Source: a virus (taxonomy: Duplodnaviria; Caudoviricetes). From it: DNA of 31,356 nucleotides. Shown one piece after another: positions 16,743-25,325 of this stretch (position 1 is the stretch's first letter; every line of letters begins with the position of its first letter). Both the position numbers and the translations under genes were made by a program. The notes below the pieces were generated by a model. That model searched no databases, had not been told where the DNA came from, and worked only from the letters and a program-made list of their open reading frames with translations. Location: IMG/VR virus record IMGVR_UViG_3300010366_000040, positions 1-31,356 of that record; one strand, given 5' to 3'.

Positions 16743-17414
16743 TCAGTTGATGATCACGAAGTTGATCGTCACGAACGCCGGGCCGCCCACCGGGTAGGGC
16801 TGGCCGTCGGTCGGATGGTGATCGTGTGAACCCTGCTCGTCCCCGCCCTCGTTGAGGAGGACGTTGACGTCACTCCCTGCGGCCACGCCCTGGCTGGAGA
16901 AGCCCTTCATCTGGTGGGCGTGTCTGGCGCGGCGCTGCGTCGCTGCGAGCCCGTCGCTGTCGCCGAGCGTATCGTGATCGACGTGCGGGCCCTTGCCGAC
17001 CGGGACACGGCCGCGCATGTCGGGCACGTTGAAGGTCGAGCCGCTGCCGCCGTAGCGGTACTGGATCACGTTGAACAAGCGCTGCTGGGAGGCAGTCGGG
17101 TAGCTCGCGCCGTCGCACAGGAGCGCACCGGTCGGAGAGGCGTCCGCCCCCCAGGGAAGGATGATCCCGGCGGGGAAGATCCCCAGCGAGCCGGTGCCCG
17201 CACCGGAGATCCCGAGCAGCGTCGAAAGACCGAGGATCGCCGAGATCGGCAGTGTGAGATCGGAACCCTCCAGGTAGCTGACGAGCCAGGTCTTGAACTG
17301 CTGCGGAAGCGAGAACGGGTCGCTGAGCAGCCGCTGCAGGAGCTGGTACTCCTGGTCGGTGAGCGGCCGGTCGTCGGTCGGGCCGGTCGCGCCCTCGCCG
17401 ACGAAGGCGCTCAC
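16743..17414 (-). CDS. tail collar-domain protein
   Basis: GTGA overlap with the nozzle stop; PAGIILPWGADASPTGALLCDG...YGGSGSTFNVPDMRGRVPVG collar motif. Confidence 0.85.
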   Translation of the reverse strand: MSAFVGEGATGPTDDRPLTDQEYQLLQRLLSDPFSLPQQFKTWLVSYLEGSDLTLPISAILGLSTLLGISGAGTGSLGIFPAGIILPWGADASPTGALLCDGASYPTASQQRLFNVIQYRYGGSGSTFNVPDMRGRVPVGKGPHVDHDTLGDSDGLAATQRRARHAHQMKGFSSQGVAAGSDVNVLLNEGGDEQGSHDHHPTDGQPYPVGGPAFVTINFVIIN

Positions 17415-18931
17415 ACCCTGCTCCGCTCCGCGGCCTGGGCCTCGACGGCGAGGTCGAAGATCCGGTTGACGCTCGACGGGTTCGCCTGGCGGACACGAAA
17501 CGCTACTCCGTAGGGGAACTGGCCGACCGGCAGCCGGTAGCGCGAGTAGGCCGTCGTGTACGGGAGCTGCCCGAGGATGGTGTAGCTCTGCACCTGGGGC
17601 GAGCGGATGTAGCCGACTTCGAGCACGGGCCCGAGCTGGGCGAGCAGCTCGGGCGGTGCCTCGGGCGGGATCTCGCCCTCGTCGAGCTTCACCCCGAGGC
17701 CGCCGGAAGAACGGATGTCGTAGGAGACGTAGACAAAACGGACACGCTTGCGGCCCTCCTGGCCCATGCGGTACCAGGGCGTCTCGAACTCGGGCAGGAC
17801 GGGGGTGCCGTCGTCGTCGTTGTTCTGGCCGGAAGGGACGGGGAAGAACATCGGCCCCACCCGGATCGCCCGGTTCACGGTTGCCAGGCCGCCCCACACG
17901 CGCTCCATCCCGATGCTGCCGCCGGAGGCGATGTAGCACTGGACGGGCAGGTTCGAGAACCTGAACCACTGCCGCTTGTTCAGATCGACGATCAGCGTGA
18001 CCGGGCCGGAAGAGTTGCCGAGAGTGATGATGTAGTAGTCCAGGAACGTGCAGGCGGCGAGGTAGTTGCGCGTCGACCAGATGTTGCGCCAGTAGGAGAG
18101 GATCCCGCCCTGGCTCGCGAGGTTGCGGACGACCGCGCCATCGGTGAGATGGACGCCGTGCTCGTCGGCGAAGACGATGTTCTCGTTCCAGTACGCAATC
18201 GCCTTCGGGTCGGGGCAGCCGGTGCGCGAGAACAGCGGCTCAGGAGTGAGATCGGAGTTCGCGGTCGTCGAGTTCGGCGGCGTCGAGCCGCGGACGCGCT
18301 CGGTCGAGCCCGCGTGGAAGACGATCAGCACCGAGCGCAGCGCCGCGAGCGCGGTGATCGTGGTCGACATCCGCTGCACCGACAGCGCGTCCCAGCCGTT
18401 CGTGTTCGCAAGATCGTTCGTCGGATGGGAGAAGAACAGCGTGTCCTCCTGGCCGGGCGCGTTCCCGCCGACGAAGTAGTGGTTCCAGACGGTGCCGACC
18501 GTCACCTTCGGCGCGTTCGACCCGGCCGCGACGATCGAGCTGCTGCGGACGAGCGTCGGCACGTTCGCGCCGGTCTTGTCGAGCCAGATGACGTCGCTGA
18601 AGCGCTGCACCGGGTTGTGCAGCGCGCGCGGGACGGTACCGCGCGTCGTCGACGTGTACGGCGGGTTCTGGTTGATCGAGTAGAGGTTGCCGTCGGAGCA
18701 CTGCACGAGGAGCTGCTCGCCGCTCGGGTAGTTCGCGAGGATGCCCGTCTCGATCGGGGCGTTGAGGAAGTCGGAGCCGTACCGCCAGCCGCCGCGCCCG
18801 GTGAGCTGCGCGTCGATGAAGGTGGGCACGTAGTCGACGACGTCCCACAGGTAGCCCTTCGGCATCTCGTCGCGGGCGAAGTCGCGTGCGAACGCGCGCG
18901 CCCCCTGGAGCAGCGAGGTGGGCGAACCCAT
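17411..18931 (-). CDS. tail nozzle / stabilisation protein (P22 gp10 or T7 gp12-like beta-propeller)
   Basis: 506 aa, beta-rich; LFFS..., RTGCPDPKAI, IVFADEHGVH and FETPWY motifs; follows the adaptor. Confidence 0.75.
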   Translation of the reverse strand: MGSPTSLLQGARAFARDFARDEMPKGYLWDVVDYVPTFIDAQLTGRGGWRYGSDFLNAPIETGILANYPSGEQLLVQCSDGNLYSINQNPPYTSTTRGTVPRALHNPVQRFSDVIWLDKTGANVPTLVRSSSIVAAGSNAPKVTVGTVWNHYFVGGNAPGQEDTLFFSHPTNDLANTNGWDALSVQRMSTTITALAALRSVLIVFHAGSTERVRGSTPPNSTTANSDLTPEPLFSRTGCPDPKAIAYWNENIVFADEHGVHLTDGAVVRNLASQGGILSYWRNIWSTRNYLAACTFLDYYIITLGNSSGPVTLIVDLNKRQWFRFSNLPVQCYIASGGSIGMERVWGGLATVNRAIRVGPMFFPVPSGQNNDDDGTPVLPEFETPWYRMGQEGRKRVRFVYVSYDIRSSGGLGVKLDEGEIPPEAPPELLAQLGPVLEVGYIRSPQVQSYTILGQLPYTTAYSRYRLPVGQFPYGVAFRVRQANPSSVNRIFDLAVEAQAAERSRV

Positions 18932-19575
18932 CAGCCGACCCAGAGCGTCCGGTCGTCGGGGAGCGAGAGGCGGACGCGTGCACGGGGGGCACGGGGCGCG
19001 CGACGGTTGACAGCGGTGCGGATCTGGGAGATGCGGCCTCCGCGGCCGTCCTGGCCCTCATACAGGATCCGGTAGCGCTCGCCCTGCTGGCCGCTCTGGT
19101 CGTCGGTATAGTCGCTCGCCTTCCACATCGCGTACAGCACGATCGCGTCGTGGTACTCGAACGGGATCCCGCCGAACTGCTCCAGCTCCGGGGAGTCGGT
19201 GTCGGCCGTCATCTGCTGCGGTTTGAGCACGGCCCAGACCTGAACCTGCCCGCTCGTGGTCGGCATCGGCTGCACGCGCAGGACGTCGGCGCGGATGAGC
19301 GTGAACGAGGGCGAGTAGGAAGTCTGGTCGCGCCGGGCCCGCGGCGTGCCGTCGGCGACCTCGACCAGCGCGAGGATCGTGTGATCGAGCCGGTAGGTGT
19401 CCTCGTTCGCCTGCGTGTTGAGCTGGACGCAGCGGGCCACGCACTTGGTGCGGGCGAGCATGTCGATCGTGCCCTGGTAGAGCAGGCCCTCGACGAGCTG
19501 CGTCTCGTCGTAGGCGGTGATGTCCTGGAGCCCGAGCCACTGGACGACCTGGTCGCGCATCTCCTTGTGGGTCAC
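18931..19575 (-). CDS. head-tail adaptor (tail tubular protein A-like)
   Basis: SD AAAGGAG, GTG start; THKEMRDQV..., NEDTYRL and IPFEYHDAIVLYAMWKA motifs; TGATG coupling to the nozzle gene. Confidence 0.75.
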   Translation of the reverse strand: MTHKEMRDQVVQWLGLQDITAYDETQLVEGLLYQGTIDMLARTKCVARCVQLNTQANEDTYRLDHTILALVEVADGTPRARRDQTSYSPSFTLIRADVLRVQPMPTTSGQVQVWAVLKPQQMTADTDSPELEQFGGIPFEYHDAIVLYAMWKASDYTDDQSGQQGERYRILYEGQDGRGGRISQIRTAVNRRAPRAPRARVRLSLPDDRTLWVG

Positions 19576-19727
19576 GACTGCGGCCACTCCTTTCGCTCGG
19601 TGGGCTCCTCGGCCTCTGGCGGCTTCGGAACCCTCGGCCGGTACTGCGCGATCACCGCGAGCGTGATCAGCGCGAGCAGCAGCGCATAGGAAATAACGCA
19701 GACAGCAATCAGGGTGTTTGTAGACAT
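19572..19727 (-). CDS. small single-TM membrane protein (51 aa), lysis cassette
   Basis: Hand-translated MSTNTLIAVCVISYALLLALITLAVIAQYRPRVPKPPEAEEPTERKEWPQS; its stop overlaps the adaptor GTG. Confidence 0.55.
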   Translation of the reverse strand: MSTNTLIAVCVISYALLLALITLAVIAQYRPRVPKPPEAEEPTERKEWPQS

Positions 19728-20005
19728 GTGGCGATCTGCTGGTGTCCTCCGGGCGTGTTGAAGACGACGGCCCCGAACTCGTAGCCGGGCGGGCAGCTCT
19801 CCGCCCCCGGCTCACCGGCAGGGCCCGGAGGCCCCGCGGGCCCCGTCGGCCCCTGCTCGCCGTTGGTGAGCGTCACGGTGACGGTGCGCGACGGGGCCTG
19901 CGAGCCGGTGCCGAACGCGGTCGCGGCGAGAAAACCGGTACCGAGCGCGAGCGCGCCAGCCGCGACGAGGAGAAGAATCGGCTTACTCGCGATCCACGCT
20001 CTCAT
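19709..20005 (-). CDS. membrane-anchored collagen-repeat protein
   Basis: SD AAGGAGG; N-terminal signal/TM segment, GEQGPTGPAGPPGPAGEPG repeat, C-terminal Cys pair. Confidence 0.75.
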   Translation of the reverse strand: MRAWIASKPILLLVAAGALALGTGFLAATAFGTGSQAPSRTVTVTLTNGEQGPTGPAGPPGPAGEPGAESCPPGYEFGAVVFNTPGGHQQIATCLQTP

Positions 20006-20141
20006 GCAGACCCTCCTTGAACGCCTCCAGCCGCTTGCGGCACTCCTCGTCGGCGCGCTTACGCGCAGCGCGCACGTAGAAGCTGGCGGTGATCACCGAG
20101 GCGACCCCGCTCAGGAATGCTCCGACAGCGGCGGGATCCAT
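19983..20141 (-). CDS. holin-like small membrane protein (52 aa)
   Basis: Hand-translated MDPAAVGAFLSGVASVITASFYVRAARKRADEECRKRLEAFKEGLHESVDRE; TGATG coupling to the endolysin. Confidence 0.65.
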   Translation of the reverse strand: MDPAAVGAFLSGVASVITASFYVRAARKRADEECRKRLEAFKEGLHESVDRE

Positions 20142-20947
20142 CAGTCACGCTGAGCCGCCCACTTCTGGTCGGGCCACCAGCGATCGGGAATCGTCTGCGG
20201 AACGTCGGGCCGCTCGCCCTTCTTCCCGCCCGCGTACCAATCGATCCAGTCGCGCTCCCCCTGGCTCATCCCGTACCGCGTCAGCAGCTTGAGCTGCTCC
20301 TCGTTCGCGTCCCACGCCCACTGCGGGATCTGCTCCGGAGCGTCCGCTGGCCGCTTACTGGGATCACGGCCGGTAGTCAAGTACCAGTTGCTCCAGTCCC
20401 AGTACCAGTCGGGGTAGCCCATCTCGTCCTCCTCTCCGCCGCCGCGAGCCATGTCGAGAACGTCGTCGATCGGGAAGCTGCCGCCGCAGTCCCAATGCCC
20501 GCCGCCCCAGCTTCCGAGATCGGCGTGCTGGCACACGCCTCGACCGGTGCCCTGCGCCTGCCCGGAGGTCAGCTTCGTGATCGGGATCCCGAAGTACGCG
20601 GCCTCCTCCGCGACCCACTGCGCGCAGTTTTGGAGCATGTTCGGGTGGCGGCTCCACTCCGCTGCGTCCCACTTCGCGAACGCGCACAGCTCCGTCTGCA
20701 CCGCGACCGGATTCGCGCCCGCTGCTGTCCAGGCCTTGTAGTCCCGTCTCACGTACTCGCCGACCACGCCGGGGGTGTCGTCGATCCCGGTGTGCGAGCT
20801 GACACCGGAGCTGCTGCTGGCGAAGAAGTTGCCCAACTCCTGGTAGGTTCTCGCGCCCTCGGCGGTGTGGATCACGATCAAGCGCACGTCCGCACCGCCA
20901 CGACTGGAGTAGTTCGGGCTCGGGATCGTCTTACGCGTCAGCGCCAT
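20141..20947 (-). CDS. endolysin, N-acetylmuramoyl-L-alanine amidase (Amidase_2-like)
   Basis: SPNYSSR...LIVIHTAEG, SSH, AWTAAGAN, TELC, QHADL...HWDCG; Trp-rich repeated C-terminal domain. Confidence 0.9.
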   Translation of the reverse strand: MALTRKTIPSPNYSSRGGADVRLIVIHTAEGARTYQELGNFFASSSSGVSSHTGIDDTPGVVGEYVRRDYKAWTAAGANPVAVQTELCAFAKWDAAEWSRHPNMLQNCAQWVAEEAAYFGIPITKLTSGQAQGTGRGVCQHADLGSWGGGHWDCGGSFPIDDVLDMARGGGEEDEMGYPDWYWDWSNWYLTTGRDPSKRPADAPEQIPQWAWDANEEQLKLLTRYGMSQGERDWIDWYAGGKKGERPDVPQTIPDRWWPDQKWAAQRD

Positions 20948-21095
20948 ACGCCTCTTCCCGTTTCCTGTGACGCCACTCGCCCCAGCCCTCCCACTCCTCG
21001 ACCTTCTCCTGGAGGAACCGCGCCCACGGCTCGGCCGGTTCCTCCTCGGGATCCTCCCGCGGCTCGGGCCAGAGCCCGACCGTGTCCGTGTTCAT
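20931..21095 (-). CDS. small acidic hypothetical protein (54 aa)
   Basis: Hand-translated MNTDTVGLWPEPREDPEEEPAEPWARFLQEKVEEWEGWGEWRHRKREEAYGADA; ATGA coupling with the upstream gene. Confidence 0.55.
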   Translation of the reverse strand: MNTDTVGLWPEPREDPEEEPAEPWARFLQEKVEEWEGWGEWRHRKREEAYGADA

Positions 21096-21385
21096 GTCGA
21101 AGCGCTGGCCTTGCTCGTGGTCTTCGGCGTCTCAGCCGTCGACGAGGCCTCAGCCGCCGCCTTCTCGGCTGCCGCGTCCTCCTCCTTCGCGGCCTTGTCC
21201 TCGTGCTCGGCGACCGCGGCGACCTCGTCCTCGTACGCCTCCTGCCGCTTGTCCTTCCACTCCTGCAAGGACGAGGCAAGAGTGCCGATGCCGTCATCGG
21301 CGGCTGACGGGTCGGAACCGGTGTAGCCCGCCTGCGGGTGACCGGGCGGGAGCGTGCGCTTCTTCTCTTCTGCCTTCGGGGCCAT
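21092..21385 (-). CDS. hypothetical protein (97 aa)
   Basis: SD GAGGAG, ATG start, typical codon usage, tiles within the operon. Confidence 0.7.
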   Translation of the reverse strand: MAPKAEEKKRTLPPGHPQAGYTGSDPSAADDGIGTLASSLQEWKDKRQEAYEDEVAAVAEHEDKAAKEEDAAAEKAAAEASSTAETPKTTSKASAST

Positions 21386-21400
21386 GCTGCTCTCCTCTCT

Positions 21401-21559
21401 CTACTTGACTTTCTTCAGACGGGGGTTGCGCTTCTTCGCCTTCGCGCTCGCGCTCCGCGTCGACGCGGCGAGGATCGCACCCGCGCGCTTCTGGCTGATC
21501 CCCTGCTTGGCGGCGATCTTCGACTGCACCGCTTTGAAGCCCGGATGCTTCTTCGCCAT
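21401..21559 (-). CDS. small very basic protein (52 aa), possible nucleic-acid binder
   Basis: SD AGGAG; MAKKHPGFKAVQSKIAAKQGISQKRAGAILAASTRSASAKAKKRNPRLKKVK; below the ORF-track size cut-off. Confidence 0.75.
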   Translation of the reverse strand: MAKKHPGFKAVQSKIAAKQGISQKRAGAILAASTRSASAKAKKRNPRLKKVK

Positions 21560-21568
21560 CACGATCTC

Positions 21569-22303
21569 CTAGGTCTTGACGATGTAGTTGACCACGAGGA
21601 ATGCAGGCTGGTCGTTCGCGCCCCCGGCCGCACCGATCGCGCCCCCGATGCCGGGGAGGCTGGGCGGGTTGCCGACACTGATCCCCGTCGCCCCACCGGG
21701 GATCGTGTGGGTGTGATTCGAGAGCCCGCCGCCGACACCCTCGATCATCACGTTCTGATCCGACGAGGACGTGCTCACTGCACGCGCGTTGAAGCTGGTC
21801 GCCCCCGACGCGCCGCCGTGGTTGTGGGTCGGGTCGCTGACGTTGTGGGTGTGGTTAGGCAAGGTGAGCGAGTTCGTGTGCGGGTGGGCCGGACGGCGGC
21901 TCGCGACCGCCACTCCCTCGCTCTTACCCAGGGCGTTCACGTCCGCGTGCGTCCCCCTGCCGACCGGCATCCGGCCCTGGAGGTCGGGGAGGTTGAACGT
22001 GGTCGAGCCGTCACCGGAGCCGTAGACAGTGCCGATGACGGCGTAGAGGGCGGCATAGGTGGTGCGACTGACCGCCGTCCCGTCGCACAGGAGCCAGCCG
22101 GTCGGAGCCGAGGAGCCGACGTACATCGTCATCGCCCCGGCCGGGACGCCGGAGACGACGGGCAGGTTGGTCGCCGGGACGACGCCCGTGCCGTCCAGCG
22201 GCGCGTAGCCGTTGGCCGCGCCCTTCTCGTCGCGCGTCTGCAGCTTGGTCATGTTCGCCGCATTGAGCGGCGTGACGCCGTCAGTCCAAACTGGATCGGC
22301 CAT
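21569..22303 (-). CDS. tail fibre protein with tail collar domain
   Basis: KGAANGYAPLD, then PAGAMTMYVGSSAPTGWLLCDG...TTFNLPDLQGRMPVG, and HxH (HPH, HTH, HNH) repeats. Confidence 0.9.
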   Translation of the reverse strand: MADPVWTDGVTPLNAANMTKLQTRDEKGAANGYAPLDGTGVVPATNLPVVSGVPAGAMTMYVGSSAPTGWLLCDGTAVSRTTYAALYAVIGTVYGSGDGSTTFNLPDLQGRMPVGRGTHADVNALGKSEGVAVASRRPAHPHTNSLTLPNHTHNVSDPTHNHGGASGATSFNARAVSTSSSDQNVMIEGVGGGLSNHTHTIPGGATGISVGNPPSLPGIGGAIGAAGGANDQPAFLVVNYIVKT

Positions 22304-23970
22304 CAGGAGCCCCCCACCGGCTGGAGATCGATCTCGGTCACACCAGCTCCTTCAAGGTCGACGTCGGGGGCCTGGCCGAGCACGAAGTCGTAAGCGATCC
22401 CGCCGACGACGTGACCGTCGCCGCAGGTCGGCCCGCCGCAGATCGAGGTCTGCCCGCCGAGGCAGTCGAGGATGGCGAGGTCGTCGGGAACCGGGACGAG
22501 CCCGGAGAGGTCGAAGTCGGTGTCGAGGCTCGCGTCGAGGTAGCTGATCGCCTGCTGGCCGGTTGCCCGAGTTCCCAGGAGGAACGTCGCCAGAATGGCG
22601 CTGTCGGACGAGTCCGTCAGGCACGAACTCCCGGAGAGGGTGAGATCGGTGCTGGGGCTCGCCGCGAGGTCAAGGTCGCTGTCGGGGCTCGGGCCGAGGT
22701 CAAGGTCGCTGCTGCCGAGCGGGAAGTCGTAGCCGATACCGCCGACGACGTGGCCGTCACCGCAGACCGGCTCGCCGCAGATCGCCTCCTCCTGCCCCTT
22801 TAGGCAGTGGAGCGGATCAAGGTCTTCATCGAGGGCCGGGAGCGGGTGGAGCCAGGTGACGACGACGCTCGCCGTCGGCCTCCCGAATGCCTGCGCGGAG
22901 CCGAGTCCCGCGACCGGGACGATGAGCCCCGGCCTGCTGACGGTGACGGTGCCGAAGCCCTGCGCGGAGCCGAGTCCCGCGACCGGGACGCGGATGATCG
23001 GGATCGGCGCGGTCGAGCCGAACTGCTGCGCGGAAGCAACGCCGCTGACGGTGACCCTGACCGCCGTCTTGAACGTGAGCGTCCCGAACGCCTGCGCGGA
23101 CGGGATGCCCGCGAGAAGGAGCTTGCCCGCAACCTGGATCGAGATCGCGCCGAAGGCCTGCGCGCTCTGGACGCCGCCGACGGTGAGCGAGCGGGTCGCC
23201 TTGATCGTGATCGCGCCGAAGCTCTGCGCGCTCCCGAGCCCGGTGACGGCGAGGACGTAGACCGTCTTCGCAGTGATCGTCCCGAAGCTCTGCGCGCTGC
23301 CGACGCCGTTGACGCTGCGGGCGACGACGGTCTTGAACGTGAGCGCGCCAAAGGCCTGCGCGGAGGAGACGCCTCCCGGCCCGACGCGCGTGACCGCCTG
23401 GACGGTGATGGTGCCGAACGCCTGCGCACTGCCGAGGCCGGTGACGGTGCGGACAAAGACCTGCTTGGTGGTGACCGTCCCGAAGCTCTGAGCGCTTGAG
23501 ACGCCGCCGACCGTGCGCGTGACCGGGGTCTTGAACGTCAGCGTCCCGAAAAGCTGGGCCGAGCCGACACCGCTGATCGTGAACCGCAGGGCGGTCTTGA
23601 CCGCGCCGAAGCTCTGCGCGCTCGGGACGCCCGTGACCGAGCAGACGAAGACGCTCTTGGCGGTGACCGCGCCGAAGGCCTGGGCGGAGGCAACCGCGCC
23701 GACGACGATGATGTTCCTCGGCGTGACCGCGCCGAAGGCCTGCGCCGACTGGATGCCGCCGGGGCCGATCCGCGAGGTGATGATCGCGTTCGGCTGCCCG
23801 AACTGCTGCCCGCCGCTACCGCCACAGATGTGGCCGTCGCCGGAGACGACCTGCCCGGTGACCGACGGCGCTGAACCCGGCGGCGGAACGCCGGGAACGT
23901 CGATCCCGAGTTGCCCGACGAGCCTTGCGTTGAGGAGGAACGTCCCGACCTGAGAGACGACGGTCGCCAC
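22303..23970 (-). CDS. virion structural protein with ~20-aa SAQxFG repeats
   Basis: SD AAGGAGG; 14 SAQxFG repeats; acidic C-terminus with two CGxPxCGDGHVVGGIxYDF motifs. Confidence 0.8.
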   Translation of the reverse strand: MATVVSQVGTFLLNARLVGQLGIDVPGVPPPGSAPSVTGQVVSGDGHICGGSGGQQFGQPNAIITSRIGPGGIQSAQAFGAVTPRNIIVVGAVASAQAFGAVTAKSVFVCSVTGVPSAQSFGAVKTALRFTISGVGSAQLFGTLTFKTPVTRTVGGVSSAQSFGTVTTKQVFVRTVTGLGSAQAFGTITVQAVTRVGPGGVSSAQAFGALTFKTVVARSVNGVGSAQSFGTITAKTVYVLAVTGLGSAQSFGAITIKATRSLTVGGVQSAQAFGAISIQVAGKLLLAGIPSAQAFGTLTFKTAVRVTVSGVASAQQFGSTAPIPIIRVPVAGLGSAQGFGTVTVSRPGLIVPVAGLGSAQAFGRPTASVVVTWLHPLPALDEDLDPLHCLKGQEEAICGEPVCGDGHVVGGIGYDFPLGSSDLDLGPSPDSDLDLAASPSTDLTLSGSSCLTDSSDSAILATFLLGTRATGQQAISYLDASLDTDFDLSGLVPVPDDLAILDCLGGQTSICGGPTCGDGHVVGGIAYDFVLGQAPDVDLEGAGVTEIDLQPVGGS

Positions 23971-23981
23971 CGTCTACCTCC

Positions 23982-24722
23982 TTAGGTCACGTAGCGCGGC
24001 CAGAAGCGAATGTAACGGTTAGCGAAGGAACAACTCGCCCCGTTCGAGATGTTGTAGCGAGTGTGGAGCCCGTCTCCTGCGCCGATAACGAACGAACGCA
24101 GGCTGCGACTCATCGAGATGTAGTACCCACCAGCGGGCAGAGGGTACGGAGAGGCATAGACACTCCCCAGATACGAAGCATCGGAGATTTTGACGAGAAC
24201 CATCTGAGCGTTCGCCACACTGCTCTGGGCGGTCGGGCTTATCACGCAGCCGAAGTCGCAGTAGTAGTCCCCGCCCCGAGGCACATAGCAGTACGGGCCA
24301 CCAAGATCGGTCAGAGTCCCGGTGGCGATGGTTTGTGAGCCATCAATATCCGCTTCGACGGGTGGCCCGCCGACGAACATCCACACCGCGAGCGACGTGC
24401 TCCACACGAACTGCCACCACGTAATCACTGCTCCAGACTGGTTCAGGTTCGGCGTGAACGACATGATCCAGATGTCGCCGTCCGCCGGGCTTGCAGGCGG
24501 GCTGGTGCTAGCCGACCGCGTGACCTTCGGCACACCCACGTCGGCGGGCGTGATCGCTGACCACACCGCCGCGCCGCTGACGCCCTTCAACCACTGGCCG
24601 TTGACGACGGTCGGGATCGTTGGGCGCGCATCGACGGCGACGATGCCGTCCTCGATGTGATCCATGTGCGCCTTATCGACGGGCGTGACGTTGTCCGTCC
24701 ACGTCTGCTTGACGTACGTCAT
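23982..24722 (-). CDS. tail fibre / receptor-binding protein
   Basis: Start MTYVKQTWTDNVTPVDKAHMDHIEDGI (ATG 24722); PASPADGDIW linker; beta-rich C-terminal domain with atypical codon usage. Confidence 0.75.
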   Translation of the reverse strand: MTYVKQTWTDNVTPVDKAHMDHIEDGIVAVDARPTIPTVVNGQWLKGVSGAAVWSAITPADVGVPKVTRSASTSPPASPADGDIWIMSFTPNLNQSGAVITWWQFVWSTSLAVWMFVGGPPVEADIDGSQTIATGTLTDLGGPYCYVPRGGDYYCDFGCVISPTAQSSVANAQMVLVKISDASYLGSVYASPYPLPAGGYYISMSRSLRSFVIGAGDGLHTRYNISNGASCSFANRYIRFWPRYVT

Positions 24723-24726
24723 GGCG

Positions 24727-25143
24727 TCAGAGCTTGGCCATGAACGGGTTGGAGTTCTGCCACTGGATCGTGATGTCTCCACCGTTCGGCGTCACCGTGA
24801 ACCCGTCGATGTAGAAAAGCAGGTTCGACGTGGCCGGGGTGCCGGTGTCCTTGAACACGGCGAGACAGTCGATCGCCGCACCGGAGGGGACAGCAGTGAA
24901 GGTGGCGTCGGCCGCGTCGAGACAGCCGGGGTCGGTGCCCGCGCCGTTCGCGGTCTTCGTGCCGAGGGTCACGTCGGTGACGAGAGCGGCGGGGAGCGAG
25001 GAGGCGAACTGGTGGGACTGCGAGATCGTGTACGCGCTCGTCCGCATCAGTCTGCACTTGACCGTCGTGCCCGCCGCGGTGATGTCACCGAGGGTGGCCT
25101 TCCAGAACTCTTGCAGTGCGAGGTTGTAGTGCTGGCTTGCCAT
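24727..25143 (-). CDS. phage structural protein (tail-associated)
   Basis: LDAADATF...LLFYID...TPNGGDITIQW pattern, familiar from phage tail-region proteins; TGATG coupling. Confidence 0.75.
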   Translation of the reverse strand: MASQHYNLALQEFWKATLGDITAAGTTVKCRLMRTSAYTISQSHQFASSLPAALVTDVTLGTKTANGAGTDPGCLDAADATFTAVPSGAAIDCLAVFKDTGTPATSNLLFYIDGFTVTPNGGDITIQWQNSNPFMAKL

Positions 25144-25325
25144 CAGAGTTCAACCCCCTGGTCGAGAGCGATCAGGGTCGCGTGCTCCTCCTCGGTGAAC
25201 GTCCGGGACATCTCCCCGAGCGCGTAGCCCTTGAGGATGAACTGGTCGGCCAGCTCCATGTCGAGGTCGTACTGCTCCCCGGCCACGTACTCGCCGACCG
25301 AGTTGACCATCGTCACGGTGGTCAT
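25143..25325 (-). CDS. hypothetical protein (60 aa)
   Basis: TGATG coupling at both ends; GC3-rich codons. Confidence 0.75.
   Translation of the reverse strand: MTTVTMVNSVGEYVAGEQYDLDMELADQFILKGYALGEMSRTFTEEEHATLIALDQGVEL

Noticed and set aside
23982-24440. Diversity-generating retroelement variable region
   Set aside because: No reverse transcriptase gene and no template-repeat copy are visible in the window.
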